Of a stretch of DNA of 64,000 bases, positions 8,471-17,867 are shown piece after piece. The stretch is taken from the NCBI GenBank assembly GCA_913052565.1, contig CAJXFH010000002.1, positions 39,324 through 103,323 of the forward strand. The letters are read 5' to 3'. Every line of letters begins with the position of its first letter. Within the stretch, counting starts at the first letter, position 1. The stretch is from an uncultured Gammaproteobacteria bacterium (GTDB taxonomy: Bacteria > Pseudomonadota > Gammaproteobacteria > Magnimaribacterales > TMED112). The position numbers were made by a program, and so were the translations under genes. The notes below the pieces were generated by a model, which saw only the letters and a program-made list of their open reading frames with translations, was not told where the DNA came from and searched no databases.

Positions 8471-9796
8471 ATGCCAAAAAAACTTTTTGTAAAAACCCAT
8501 GGTTGCCAGATGAATGAATATGATTCTGCGAAAATGATTGATTTGTTAAAGGCAGAGGAAGATTTCGAAATGGCAGAATCTGAAGACCAAGCCGACCTAC
8601 TTATTTTAAATACTTGCTCTATAAGAGAAAAAGCACAGGAAAGAGTTTTTCATCAAATTGGTAGATGGAGAAAAATAAAAGATAAAAACCCCAACTTAAA
8701 GATAGCTATAGGTGGTTGTGTTGCTTCACAAGAAGGTGAAAAAATCGTAAAGAGAGCACCAGCTGTTGATATTGTTTTTGGTCCTCAATCGCTCCATAAA
8801 CTACCTAGCCTTTACAACGAAAAAGAAAAAACAAAAAAATCACAAGTTGATATATCTTTTCCTAAGCTTGAAAAATTCGATCATATACCAGATCCAGAAA
8901 AAGGGCAGCCGTCCTCATTTGTTTCAATTGTTGAGGGCTGCAATAAGTATTGTTCGTTTTGTGTGGTTCCTAAAACACGGGGCCATGAAGTATCGAGAAC
9001 TGTAGAGGATATCTTGCATGAAGTCACTATTCTTGCAGAGAAAGGAACAAAGGAAATACATTTCTTGGGTCAGAATGTAAATAATTTTAAGGGATTGTAC
9101 AAAGGAGAGAAATCTTCACTCGCTAAATTAATAGAATTAACAGCAAAAATAGAAAACATCGAACGTATACGGTTTACAACTAGCCATCCACATGAATTCA
9201 AAGATGATCTTGTCGAAGCATATGCAAAAGTACCTCAGCTTGTAAGTCATGTTCATTTACCTGTCCAGAGCGGTTCAGACAGAATACTCAAGTTAATGAG
9301 AAGAAGATACACTGCAGAAAAATATTTAATGCTCATTGATAAGCTAAAAAAGGTAAGGCCTGATATGAGATTCTCATCAGATTTTATAATTGGTTTTCCA
9401 GGCGAAACAAGACAAGACTTCAAAGATACAATGAACATAATTAATGCGGTCAAGTTTGATGAGTCATATAGTTTTATATACAGCGCGAGGCCTGATACTC
9501 CTGCTGCAAACATGCAAGACGATGTCTCGCAAGAAGAAAAAAAGGAAAGGCTTGAAATACTTCAAAACAGACTGAATCAATTAGCATATGGGTATAGCAG
9601 AAAAATGGTAGGAACAAATCAAAAATGTCTTGTAATGGGTGTCTCAAAGAGAGATCCTGGACAACTACAAGCTCGAACTATATGTGACAGAGTTGTAAAT
9701 TTTAGGTCAGATAGTATTGATTTAGTTGGACAATTGATTAATATTCGAATTAATGATGCACTGCCAAATTCACTCAGAGGAACGCTTCAAAATTAA
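8471..9796 (+). CDS. miaB: tRNA-2-methylthio-N6-dimethylallyladenosine synthase
   Basis: HGCQMNEYDS, radical-SAM motif EGCNKYCSFCVVP, VQSGSDRILKLMRRRYT, GFPGETRQDF. Confidence 0.97.
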   Translation: MPKKLFVKTHGCQMNEYDSAKMIDLLKAEEDFEMAESEDQADLLILNTCSIREKAQERVFHQIGRWRKIKDKNPNLKIAIGGCVASQEGEKIVKRAPAVDIVFGPQSLHKLPSLYNEKEKTKKSQVDISFPKLEKFDHIPDPEKGQPSSFVSIVEGCNKYCSFCVVPKTRGHEVSRTVEDILHEVTILAEKGTKEIHFLGQNVNNFKGLYKGEKSSLAKLIELTAKIENIERIRFTTSHPHEFKDDLVEAYAKVPQLVSHVHLPVQSGSDRILKLMRRRYTAEKYLMLIDKLKKVRPDMRFSSDFIIGFPGETRQDFKDTMNIINAVKFDESYSFIYSARPDTPAANMQDDVSQEEKKERLEILQNRLNQLAYGYSRKMVGTNQKCLVMGVSKRDPGQLQARTICDRVVNFRSDSIDLVGQLINIRINDALPNSLRGTLQN

Positions 9797-9801
9797 TAAT
9801 C

Positions 9802-10746
9802 TTGTATAACCATCAGCTAAATTTTTCAAACTTACCGCCTGAGCAATTAATGTTGTTGTGTGGTGAGCTCAATAAAAATTTGAAACAGATTGAGAAAGCC
9901 CTAAAAATAAAAGTTAAGCAAAATGGTACAGAATTTAATATTACCGGGACACAGTCAGATGTTGAATTAGGTGTTACAGCTCTGTGCGATTTAAAGCAAA
10001 AATTAGAAACAAATTCTGTAATAACACCAGATATAGTTCACTTGAGTTTACATACAGCTAAATTTGCTGATGGAGATAAAAATGAAAACAATAAAGTGCA
10101 CATCAAGACACCCAGGGTGTCTGTAACAGCGCGAGGGAAAAATCAGAATGAATATTTATCACATATCAGAAATTCAGATTTAACCTTTGGAGTTGGGCCA
10201 TCTGGTACTGGTAAAACATTTCTAGCAGTTGCATGTGCAGTAGATGATTTAATTAAAGAAAAGATTAGAAAAATTGTCCTTGTTAGACCAGCTGTAGAAG
10301 CAGGTGAAAAATTGGGCTTTTTACCCGGAGACTTGAGTTCCAAAATAGATCCTTACCTGAGACCTTTATATGATGCTCTGCATGACATGCTAGGAGCGGA
10401 ACGAGTAAACCGTTTAGTAGAGAGGGATATTATTGAAATTGCACCTCTTGCTTACATGAGAGGAAGAACCCTGAGAGAGGCATTCATAATAATGGATGAA
10501 GGACAGAATACCACCATTGAACAAATGAAGATGTTCCTTACACGATTAGGTTTTGGATCTAAAGCAGTTGTAAATGGAGATTTAAGTCAAATAGACCTGC
10601 CTAAAAGCACTACATCTGGGTTAAAACATGCAATAGAAGTTTTGAAAAACGTTGAATCAATAAAATTTACTAAATTTACTGCAAGAGACGTAGTAAGACA
10701 CTCATTAGTGCAAGATATTGTAGAAGCATATGATAATTACGAATGA
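9802..10746 (+). CDS. ybeZ: PhoH-family ATPase (YbeZ)
   Basis: FGVGPSGTGKTFLAVA, EAGEKLGFLPGDLSSKIDPYLRPLYDAL and IIMDEGQNTTIEQMKMFLTRLGFGSKAVVNGDLSQIDLP. Confidence 0.96.
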   Translation: MYNHQLNFSNLPPEQLMLLCGELNKNLKQIEKALKIKVKQNGTEFNITGTQSDVELGVTALCDLKQKLETNSVITPDIVHLSLHTAKFADGDKNENNKVHIKTPRVSVTARGKNQNEYLSHIRNSDLTFGVGPSGTGKTFLAVACAVDDLIKEKIRKIVLVRPAVEAGEKLGFLPGDLSSKIDPYLRPLYDALHDMLGAERVNRLVERDIIEIAPLAYMRGRTLREAFIIMDEGQNTTIEQMKMFLTRLGFGSKAVVNGDLSQIDLPKSTTSGLKHAIEVLKNVESIKFTKFTARDVVRHSLVQDIVEAYDNYE

Positions 10747-11194
10747 GAAGCTAAATATAAAAATTTATAACCCACCAGATTTCGTTAAGACCTTTGAAAA
10801 AAATTTAGAAAAAATTATTCATCAATTCCAAATAGAGTTTGATGTTAAAAAGATTGATGTAGAAATAAGTTTTATAGATGAAAAAGATATTGAAAAAATT
10901 AACAAAAAATTTAGAGGAAAAGAATCAGCAACTAATGTTTTGTCTTTTCCAGACGAAGAGAATAATGAAATAAGCAATATCTGTGTTGGCGAAATGCTTA
11001 TCTGTGAAAAAGTTTTACTTCAAGAAGCGCAAGAGAGCGGGAAAAAACCTATCAATCACTTTTTGCATCTGCTAATACATTCGTTTTTGCATATTATGGG
11101 TTTTGGGCATGAGATTGAAAATGATGCTATATTAATGGAAAGAAAAGAAATTGAATTTTTATCTAAAATTGGAATATCTGACCCGTATAAATAA
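10730..11194 (+). CDS. ybeY: Endoribonuclease YbeY
   Basis: NKKFRGKESATNVLSFP plus the zinc motif HLLIHSFLHIMGFGHE. Lies between ybeZ and corC. Confidence 0.95.
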   Translation: MIITNEKLNIKIYNPPDFVKTFEKNLEKIIHQFQIEFDVKKIDVEISFIDEKDIEKINKKFRGKESATNVLSFPDEENNEISNICVGEMLICEKVLLQEAQESGKKPINHFLHLLIHSFLHIMGFGHEIENDAILMERKEIEFLSKIGISDPYK

Positions 11195-11988
11195 TGACTG
11201 AAGAGCCCTCGTTATCTATTTTTTCAAAATTAAAAAACTTATTTTTTGGTTCAAAGAATTTAACTAATTCAGTTAAAAATATTCAACCAGACGATGAGAG
11301 AATTGAAGAACTAATCGAGAACGTCTTAAACATACAAGACTCAATTGTTAAAGAAATAATGATCCCAAAAGTTAATATTTCATCAATAAATGAAAATAAT
11401 TCTTTGTCAGAAATATATGAGATAGTAAATAATACCAAGCACTCAAGATATCCAGTATTTGCTCAAGACGCAGAAAAAGTTGTTGGGATACTGCATGTAA
11501 AAGATCTTCTTGGAGTTGAGAATAACGGAGAGTTCTCAATTCAGGATATTTTAAGAGAAGTAAAGCATATCCCAGAGTCACAATCTGTCACTTCATTACT
11601 TGAAGATTTTAAAAAGGATCGTGTTCATTTAGCAATAGTGCTTGATGAGTACAGTACTATTGCTGGCTTAATAACAATTGAAGACATACTGGAAGAGATA
11701 GTTGGTGAAATAGAAGATGAATTCTATGAAGAAAAGAATAATGAGATCATAAAAATTAATGAAGAGGAATTTATTGTCTCTTCAACCATCGAAAAAGAAA
11801 AATTTGAAGAATTTTTTGATCATCAACTGAATTGCCCTGAAGTTGAAAGCTTGGGGGGCTTTGTATTAAAAGAAGTTGGACACTTGCCTAAAGTTGGAGA
11901 AAAAGTTTCAACAGGAAAGCTTGAACTTACAGTAACATCTGCAGACCAACGAAAAATAAAAAAAATTACCGTAAGAAAAATTGACTAA
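11194..11988 (+). CDS. corC: CorC/YbeX-type CBS domain protein
   Basis: VKEIMIPKVNISSI, tandem CBS domains, EYSTIAGLITIEDILEEIVGEIEDEFYEE, and a C-terminal CorC_HlyC domain. Confidence 0.93.
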   Translation: MTEEPSLSIFSKLKNLFFGSKNLTNSVKNIQPDDERIEELIENVLNIQDSIVKEIMIPKVNISSINENNSLSEIYEIVNNTKHSRYPVFAQDAEKVVGILHVKDLLGVENNGEFSIQDILREVKHIPESQSVTSLLEDFKKDRVHLAIVLDEYSTIAGLITIEDILEEIVGEIEDEFYEEKNNEIIKINEEEFIVSSTIEKEKFEEFFDHQLNCPEVESLGGFVLKEVGHLPKVGEKVSTGKLELTVTSADQRKIKKITVRKID

Positions 11989-13198
11989 AGTATTTATTTT
12001 AGGATGGGCTTTAGCTGCAATTTTTTGGGCCTACTCAATATCTTGGATTTTTGACGCCGTAAACTACTATGGTGCAGGTACAGCTTTAAGCTTAACTATT
12101 AGTTTTTTGCTTGTTGGTTACGTTTCTATTTATTTTGGACTATTTTTGGTGGCGTTGAAATTTTTTAGAAACTCAAATTATAGGCCCTTTATATTTGCAA
12201 GCACATTTTTCATTTTAGAGTGGTTCAGATCATGGGTAATCACTGGCTTCCCTTGGCTAAATCTTGGTATGTTAAGTGAATATCTATGGGGTGCACTTCC
12301 AATGATAGGTGTTTCAGGAACATCATTTCTTATAGTATTAATTATTTCATTATTATTTGAGAACAAACACACACTTCTAAATAGAGGCGCAGCAGGATTA
12401 ATTTTAGTATTTTTATTGTTTGGCCCAGGCCACTACCAAAAAAGCGGTCAAGACACTTTAGATTTAACAATTATTCAGCCTTTAGACACTAATTTAAGTC
12501 AGATTATAAAAATGACAAATGACGCAGAATCTAACTTGGTAATTTGGCCTGAAGCTGTTGCTTCCTATGATCAAAATTTATTAGCAAAAATTAATAATAA
12601 GAATGTAATAGGCGGTTTTTTTCGTAAACAAGGAAAAGATTTCTATACCTCTGCCATCAACCTAGAAACAGGACACTATTTTGATAAAGAAAATTTAGTT
12701 CCCTTTGGAGAATTTCAGCCACTTGGTAATATGCTTAGTTCTTTTAATAAATTCTTCAATATTCCAAATTCAAATTTAAAAGTAGGAAATTCAATTCAAG
12801 ATAAAGCAGATTGGTCTGCTTTGATTTGTTGGGAGCTTGTATTCAACGACACCTTTACAAAAAGAGTTAAAGGGTCTGGTTATATTATTCACATGAGCAA
12901 TGATAAGTGGTATGGCGAAAGTATGCCAAGACAACACTTAAAACATGCAAAAGCCAGAGCAGTCGAATCCAATAAGTGGGTTGTAAGGTCTACATTAGAT
13001 GGTATTTCACAATTTATTAGCCCAAGAAGTGAAGAATCATCCGCTAAGCTTGAAAGAGGAGTTCAGGGCTCAATAACAAAAACAATTTATCTGAATTATA
13101 TAGATACTGCTTACGTCAAATATGGTGACTTGCCCTTATTAATAATATCATTCGTTTTCTTACTGATTGGATTAAAAAATAGAAGAAATGAAAAATAA
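11981..13198 (+). CDS. lnt: Apolipoprotein N-acyltransferase (short form)
   Basis: Polytopic N-terminus then NLVIWPEAVAS, LVPFGEFQPLG, ALICWELVFND and HMSNDKWYG. Follows corC. Confidence 0.92.
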   Translation: MTKVFILGWALAAIFWAYSISWIFDAVNYYGAGTALSLTISFLLVGYVSIYFGLFLVALKFFRNSNYRPFIFASTFFILEWFRSWVITGFPWLNLGMLSEYLWGALPMIGVSGTSFLIVLIISLLFENKHTLLNRGAAGLILVFLLFGPGHYQKSGQDTLDLTIIQPLDTNLSQIIKMTNDAESNLVIWPEAVASYDQNLLAKINNKNVIGGFFRKQGKDFYTSAINLETGHYFDKENLVPFGEFQPLGNMLSSFNKFFNIPNSNLKVGNSIQDKADWSALICWELVFNDTFTKRVKGSGYIIHMSNDKWYGESMPRQHLKHAKARAVESNKWVVRSTLDGISQFISPRSEESSAKLERGVQGSITKTIYLNYIDTAYVKYGDLPLLIISFVFLLIGLKNRRNEK

Positions 13199-13715
13199 GC
13201 TTTTAATTTTAATTCTTTTAACGCAATCTTTAATGGGTATGGAAATAAGTATCTCAATTGAAAATCAAACACTATCTTTAATTGAAAATTCAAAAACTAT
13301 TAAAATCTATAAAATTTCTTCATCGAAATATGGAGAAGGGTCGGAAGCAAACTCTTTTAAAACTCCTCTTGGTTTACATGAAATAAAGGAACTAATAGGT
13401 GCTGATGAAGCACTAGGTACAAGATTCATAGGAAGAGTGCCATCAGAAATTTACCCAATATATTCATCTGAGAAAATCAAAGTGGATGATGACGTAGTTC
13501 AGTCGAGAATTATGTGGCTTGATGGTCTTGAACAAGGAATCAATAAAGGCGAAGGAATAGACTCTTATAGCCGGTATATTTACATACATGGAACCCCTGA
13601 GGAGTGGTTATTAGGCAAAAAGGGCTCGAAAGGCTGTATTAGAATGGCCAATAAGGATGTTATAGAACTCTTTGATTATGTGCAAAAAGGCACTTTAGTT
13701 AGAATTAATAAATAG
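13188..13715 (+). CDS. Exported L,D-transpeptidase (YkuD domain)
   Basis: Signal peptide; TPLGLHEIKELIG...SRYIYIHGTPEEWLLGKKGSKGCIRMANKDVIELFD (HGT...S.GCIRM catalytic motif). Confidence 0.9.
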   Translation: MKNKLLILILLTQSLMGMEISISIENQTLSLIENSKTIKIYKISSSKYGEGSEANSFKTPLGLHEIKELIGADEALGTRFIGRVPSEIYPIYSSEKIKVDDDVVQSRIMWLDGLEQGINKGEGIDSYSRYIYIHGTPEEWLLGKKGSKGCIRMANKDVIELFDYVQKGTLVRINK

Positions 13716-13757
13716 CAATTATCTTTTAAAATAACCATTATTTATTCATAAAAAGTA

Positions 13758-13787
13758 TTGATATTATAAAATAAATATTTATTATAT
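13758..13787 (+). promoter_or_regulatory. Candidate sigma70 promoter for the structured leader (TTGATA, 17-18 bp spacer, ATTATA/TTATAT)
   Basis: TTGATA at 13758-13763 and TTATAT at 13782-13787, ending about 8 bp before the first hairpin. The background is very AT-rich, so chance matches are likely. Confidence 0.35.
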
Positions 13788-13795
13788 ATCTTTTA

Positions 13796-13848
13796 GTCAG
13801 TCTCTCCTCTCCCCCACGACTGACAAGCTAGGGGCTTCGGCCCCAAGC
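13796..13848 (+). ncRNA. Two-hairpin structured RNA element (leader or small RNA, family unknown)
   Basis: Perfect 7-bp stem GTCAGTC (13796-13802)/GACTGAC (13818-13824) with a C/U-rich 15-nt loop. A UUCG hairpin GGGGC-TTCG-GCCCC (13831-13844) follows, extended by GCT/AGC. Confidence 0.45.
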
Positions 13849-13862
13849 ATTTAAGAGAAATT

Positions 13863-13946
13863 ATGGATAAATTTGCAGACAACATAGAACTAGTAATACT
13901 TTTCACAATATTTGCAGTATTGTTGTTAGGAATTTCCAGTGTCTAG
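13863..13946 (+). CDS. Putative 27-aa single-TM micropeptide
   Basis: ATG preceded by AAGAGAAATT. Translation MDKFADNIELVILFTIFAVLLLGISSV*: charged N-terminus then an uninterrupted hydrophobic helix. Confidence 0.4.
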   Translation: MDKFADNIELVILFTIFAVLLLGISSV

Positions 13947-13964
13947 CTGTTAAAATCACACCCT

Positions 13965-14498
13965 ATGTTTAAAAAAGCCCTTATCACATTAGTTGCTTTC
14001 ATTAGTTTTGAGGCATTAAGTTGTAGCGATCTATTAAATACAGACGTCAAGGTACTTAATGAGAAAGAGTATAGAAACTTATGCGAATATAAGGACAAAA
14101 CAATACTTGTCGTAAATACAGCAAGTAAATGTGGCTTCACATATCAATATGAGCAATTAGAATCACTCCAAAGAAGATTTAAGGATCAAGGCTTTGTTGT
14201 GCTTGGATTCCCATCTAGAAATTTTATGGGTCAAGAATACAGTGATGAGGCTAAAGTAAGCGAGTTTTGTAAAGCAAAATTTGATGTAACTTTTCCATTG
14301 TTTTCAATAGCAAATGTTAGTGCTACAACAAAACACCCATTTTTTAAAAAACTATTCAAGAAGACATATGCCAGACCAGCATGGAACTTTCATAAATATT
14401 TAATTACACCGAATGGAGAAATAAAAAGCTTTTCTCATAGAATGGATCCAGAAGATCCAGAAATCCTTGCTGCAATTCAAGATTCAATTAATCTATAA
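13965..14498 (+). CDS. Glutathione peroxidase family protein with putative signal peptide
   Basis: ILVVNTASKCGFTYQYEQLESLQRRFKDQGFVVLGFPSRNFMGQE...WNFHKYLI. The peroxidatic residue is Cys, not Sec. Confidence 0.93.
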   Translation: MFKKALITLVAFISFEALSCSDLLNTDVKVLNEKEYRNLCEYKDKTILVVNTASKCGFTYQYEQLESLQRRFKDQGFVVLGFPSRNFMGQEYSDEAKVSEFCKAKFDVTFPLFSIANVSATTKHPFFKKLFKKTYARPAWNFHKYLITPNGEIKSFSHRMDPEDPEILAAIQDSINL

Positions 14499-15136
14499 CC
14501 ACTATCTTGCCCAACAATTACTATGTTTGGCCTGTCAACGGCAAATATACCCACGTCAATAACACCTTTAATGCTTAGTATATCGGCTTCTAGCGCATCA
14601 GGATTATTAATAACTAAGTGATGTAAGTCGATAATAGTATTATTAAGATCGCTTTTATATTCTCTAACTGTGATTTTATTTGTTAGGTTTTTAAGACTTT
14701 CTATAATTTGTGTTTTGTGGCTATCTTGTATTTCAATAGGCAAAGGAAATTCTCCTAGATCAGAAACGATTTTTGTTTCGTCAACAATGCAAATAAATTT
14801 CTTAGCCTTTTTAGCTATTCTTTTTTCACTAGTGTGTGCTCCACCCCCACCCTTAATAAGTGCTAGTGTTTTATCTACTTCATCTGCGCCATCAATATAG
14901 AAATCTACAATAGAATCTTCACCTAGCTCTTTAACCACAAAACCCAATTCATTCAAAAGATTGGTCGTTCTAATTGAGCTTGAATAAATATCTGATAATG
15001 AATTTTTTATATTTGGTAAGAACTCTTTAGTAAAAAAGTCTGTTGTGCTTCCTGTTCCAATGCCAATATTAAAGGGGCCAGGAACATTTGATAATATTTC
15101 AAAAGCTCCCAAAGCAGAATTATATTTCTGATTCAT
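14477..15136 (-). CDS. rpiA: Ribose-5-phosphate isomerase A
   Basis: NIGIGTGSTTDFF, FYIDGADEVDKTLALIKGGGGAHTSEKRIAKKAKKFICIVDETK. Confidence 0.96.
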   Translation of the reverse strand: MNQKYNSALGAFEILSNVPGPFNIGIGTGSTTDFFTKEFLPNIKNSLSDIYSSSIRTTNLLNELGFVVKELGEDSIVDFYIDGADEVDKTLALIKGGGGAHTSEKRIAKKAKKFICIVDETKIVSDLGEFPLPIEIQDSHKTQIIESLKNLTNKITVREYKSDLNNTIIDLHHLVINNPDALEADILSIKGVIDVGIFAVDRPNIVIVGQDSGYRLIES

Positions 15137-15665
15137 AAATTTGGCTGTCTGTTACAATCTTATCTAATCTTACATCAAAGTCTTCTTGAAAATTATCTTC
15201 TATTAGCTGAAATTCATATCCTATTCCAATTAGGCTTGGTCGATTCTGTTTTTTTGTAAGTTTAAAGAAAGTTTTATCATAAAACCCCTTTCCAAAACCA
15301 ATTCGAAAAAGCGCTACATTAAAAGCTAGCAGGGGAATAAGAATAATATCAAGATTTCCAGTATTTATTTTTTTTGAGTCTCTTGGCTCATTAATGCCAA
15401 ATCTATTTTTTATATAAACACCATTATCTTCGTAAAAATTAAGATGATCATTTGTAATTTTTGGTAAGAAATATTTTTTATTTATATCTATATGAATATG
15501 AGGTTCGTTTTTAAAAGACTGATAGCATCCAATAGTTTTAGCTTCGTGGTATTCACTAACTAATCGAAGGTTATGATTTATTTTTTTTGATAGCTCTAAT
15601 ACCTGACCAATATCTAAGCTTTCACGTTTTTTAAGTAGATCTGATCTATAAAATAATTTAGACAT
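15120..15665 (-). CDS. fau: 5-formyltetrahydrofolate cyclo-ligase
   Basis: IGCYQSFKNEPHI...DIILIPLLAFNVALFRIGFGKGFYDKTF. ATG at 15665 is preferred over the 15674 start in the ORF track, because the longer form runs into the 6S RNA 3' stem. Confidence 0.9.
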   Translation of the reverse strand: MSKLFYRSDLLKKRESLDIGQVLELSKKINHNLRLVSEYHEAKTIGCYQSFKNEPHIHIDINKKYFLPKITNDHLNFYEDNGVYIKNRFGINEPRDSKKINTGNLDIILIPLLAFNVALFRIGFGKGFYDKTFFKLTKKQNRPSLIGIGYEFQLIEDNFQEDFDVRLDKIVTDSQIYESEI

Positions 15666-15825
15666 CTGAATCATTGTTTCCAGTCACCCTGAACCCAAAG
15701 GTCAGGTGGGCAACTCTTTTACCTAGTAAGGCCTCCTTGTTTAAGTAACGCACAGCTAAATAAAATCTGTTTCCCTTAATTTACATTATCGGTTCTAGAG
15801 TAAATTCCGAAAACCGATGATTCAG
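15666..15825 (-). ncRNA. ssrS: 6S RNA
   Basis: Complementary ends CTGAATCAT...ATGATTCAG close a roughly 160-nt RNA. Near the 3' end, CCACCTGACCTTTGGGTTCAGGGTGACTGG matches the 6S 3' hairpin region (E. coli TTCACCTTGAACCAAGGGTTCAAGGGTTAC). Lies in the conserved zapA-ssrS-fau order. Confidence 0.8.
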
Positions 15826-15863
15826 ACAATTTAAATATATAACTATTTTCGATATTTTTGGAG

Positions 15864-16148
15864 TTATTGGTTAAGAAATATTTCTATTTTATTTATTAGA
15901 TCAGCAATATCCTGTGAAGATTCATTACTATCCTCTTCTGTCTTAGTTTTCAGTTTCTCATTCTCTATTGCTAATTGAAGAGCAGAATAAACGATAGCAT
16001 CATCAAGTTGTTCATTTGTGTGATCAATTTGTTCGATCAGGCCCAGTATTTTTTTCTCTGCTTTTTTAAAAGGCACATAATCACTGTAAGGAATCATAAA
16101 AGAAAATTTCCTGTCATTTAAGAACAGCTCAACTCTTTGTTCATTCAT
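15864..16148 (-). CDS. zapA: ZapA-like cell division protein
   Basis: VELFLNDRKFSFMIPYSD...ALQLAIENEKL coiled coil, positioned immediately upstream of the 6S RNA and fau. Confidence 0.75.
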   Translation of the reverse strand: MNEQRVELFLNDRKFSFMIPYSDYVPFKKAEKKILGLIEQIDHTNEQLDDAIVYSALQLAIENEKLKTKTEEDSNESSQDIADLINKIEIFLNQ

Positions 16149-16882
16149 CCCAGTGATTTCCCTCCATCCACATTAATATTTCTACCAGTCATATAAGTGT
16201 TCTTATTAATAAGATAATCAATTATTGAGACTATATCTTTTTCACATCCAATCCGTTTCATAGGTATGCTTTCAATTATTTTATTTTTTTTCTCATCCGA
16301 TGGTTCATTTACATCCCATAAAATAGCTCCCGGACCAACTGAATTTACTAAAACATTTGGAGCTAACTCTTTCGCTAATGATTTTGTAAAGTTAAGTAGG
16401 CCAGCTTTTGCAGCAGTATAAATTGAATACTCTTTAAGCCCTTGTTCTGCATGTATATCAGTTAAGTTAACTATATGGCCATTATTTTTTACAAGTTCTT
16501 CTGAACATATTTTGGAAATAAATATCGGCTGATATAAATTAGAAGATGTGAGTTTAGTCCAATCTTCGTCAGTGCTTTCTGACAATTTTTTTGGATAAAA
16601 AGTAGATGCATTATTGATAAGGGCCTTCAGTCCATTAATCTTCTCTTCAAGTTTTTTATAGAACTCTGCTGAAGAATTTTTATCATCAAAGTCAGCTTGC
16701 AAGGTTTCACATGAATTTGCTCTGATGGAATTGAGATGCTTGCTTATTTCGTCAGCCGAAGCCTTAGATGATCTGTATTGAAAAATTATGTCCCAACCCT
16801 GTTCATGAAAGTGATTAACTAAAGCCTTACCAATTCTTTGAGCACCGCCTGTAATGAGTATTTTTCTATTCATGGTTTTCAA
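16145..16882 (-). CDS. SDR family, pteridine/dihydromonapterin reductase-like (FolM-like)
   Basis: [34 protein letters not shown]...NNASTF...[33 protein letters not shown]. Confidence 0.82.
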   Translation of the reverse strand: MKTMNRKILITGGAQRIGKALVNHFHEQGWDIIFQYRSSKASADEISKHLNSIRANSCETLQADFDDKNSSAEFYKKLEEKINGLKALINNASTFYPKKLSESTDEDWTKLTSSNLYQPIFISKICSEELVKNNGHIVNLTDIHAEQGLKEYSIYTAAKAGLLNFTKSLAKELAPNVLVNSVGPGAILWDVNEPSDEKKNKIIESIPMKRIGCEKDIVSIIDYLINKNTYMTGRNINVDGGKSLG

Positions 16883-17867
16883 TAATAGTTTTTAGTTTAT
16901 TTATTTTAACAGTTTCAATATTTTCAGAAATTTGTTCTGCAAGTGCTCCAAAATTTAATTGTGTATATTCATTTATTATAGATGAACAATAATTTTTGAT
17001 TTCCGGGAAAAAAACCAATATCTCAGAAACAAATTTATTGTTATTTTGAGAAAAATTTTTAAAAAATTTAAGCTTATAATTAATATCCTCATTTATATCA
17101 AATTCTGAAAATTGCTTCCAAAAAACAAGTCTTTTTGCAATTGACTCTGAGCTATTAAGTTTTTCTCCAAATTTAAAATTATTTAATTCTGATATTTGAC
17201 ACCATGCAATTTCTAGATTTTGGTCGAGCTCCTCTGGTAGAGCTTTTAAAGTATCAAACCATGGGCTACTTAAACCATGCTCGATAATAACTGTTAGATA
17301 TCGAATTAGATTGTATTTGCTAGCTTTTATTGTTTCTTCCCAAACTCTTTCACGCGACAAATCTTTTAATTCATCTCCATCAGATATTTTTTTCAATGCC
17401 TTTTTAGTATCATCATGAATTTTAAAGTCATCGAGTTGTGCAGAGAATCTTGCTATTCTTAATGCTCTTAAAGGATCTTCATAGAAAGCATCTGAAACGT
17501 GTTTCAAAGTTTTATTTTTTAGATCAGCTTGACCGTTAAATGGATCTATTATTTTCCCATCTTCGTCTTCAGCTATTGCATTAATTGTTAAATCTCTTCG
17601 CATTAGGTCTTCTTCAAGCGTTATATCCGGTGTAAATAAAAAATCAAAGCCTTTGTACCCTTTTCCAGATTTCCTTTCAGTTCTAGCAAGTGCGTATTCT
17701 TCGTTTGTGATTGGGTGCAAAAAAACAGGAAAATTCTTTCCAACTTTCTTAAAACCTTTAGACAACATTTCTTCGACTGTTGAACCAATTACAACCCAGT
17801 CCTTATCCTTGCTATCAATCCCTAGCAATGAGTCTCTAACAGCACCACCAACTTTATAAATTTTCAT
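16866..17867 (-). CDS. cca: CCA-adding tRNA nucleotidyltransferase
   Basis: [34 protein letters not shown]...[52 protein letters not shown]. Confidence 0.95.
   Translation of the reverse strand: MKIYKVGGAVRDSLLGIDSKDKDWVVIGSTVEEMLSKGFKKVGKNFPVFLHPITNEEYALARTERKSGKGYKGFDFLFTPDITLEEDLMRRDLTINAIAEDEDGKIIDPFNGQADLKNKTLKHVSDAFYEDPLRALRIARFSAQLDDFKIHDDTKKALKKISDGDELKDLSRERVWEETIKASKYNLIRYLTVIIEHGLSSPWFDTLKALPEELDQNLEIAWCQISELNNFKFGEKLNSSESIAKRLVFWKQFSEFDINEDINYKLKFFKNFSQNNNKFVSEILVFFPEIKNYCSSIINEYTQLNFGALAEQISENIETVKINKLKTIIENHE

Noticed and set aside
13831-13844. GGGGC-TTCG-GCCCC as a rho-independent terminator for the L,D-transpeptidase gene
   Set aside because: No T-run follows on either strand (AAGCATTTAAG on plus, TAGCTTG on minus), so it is treated as part of a structured element instead.
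13965-14498. Possible selenoprotein glutathione peroxidase
   Set aside because: The catalytic codon is TGT (Cys) in NTASKCGFT, and there is no in-frame TGA or SECIS requirement.
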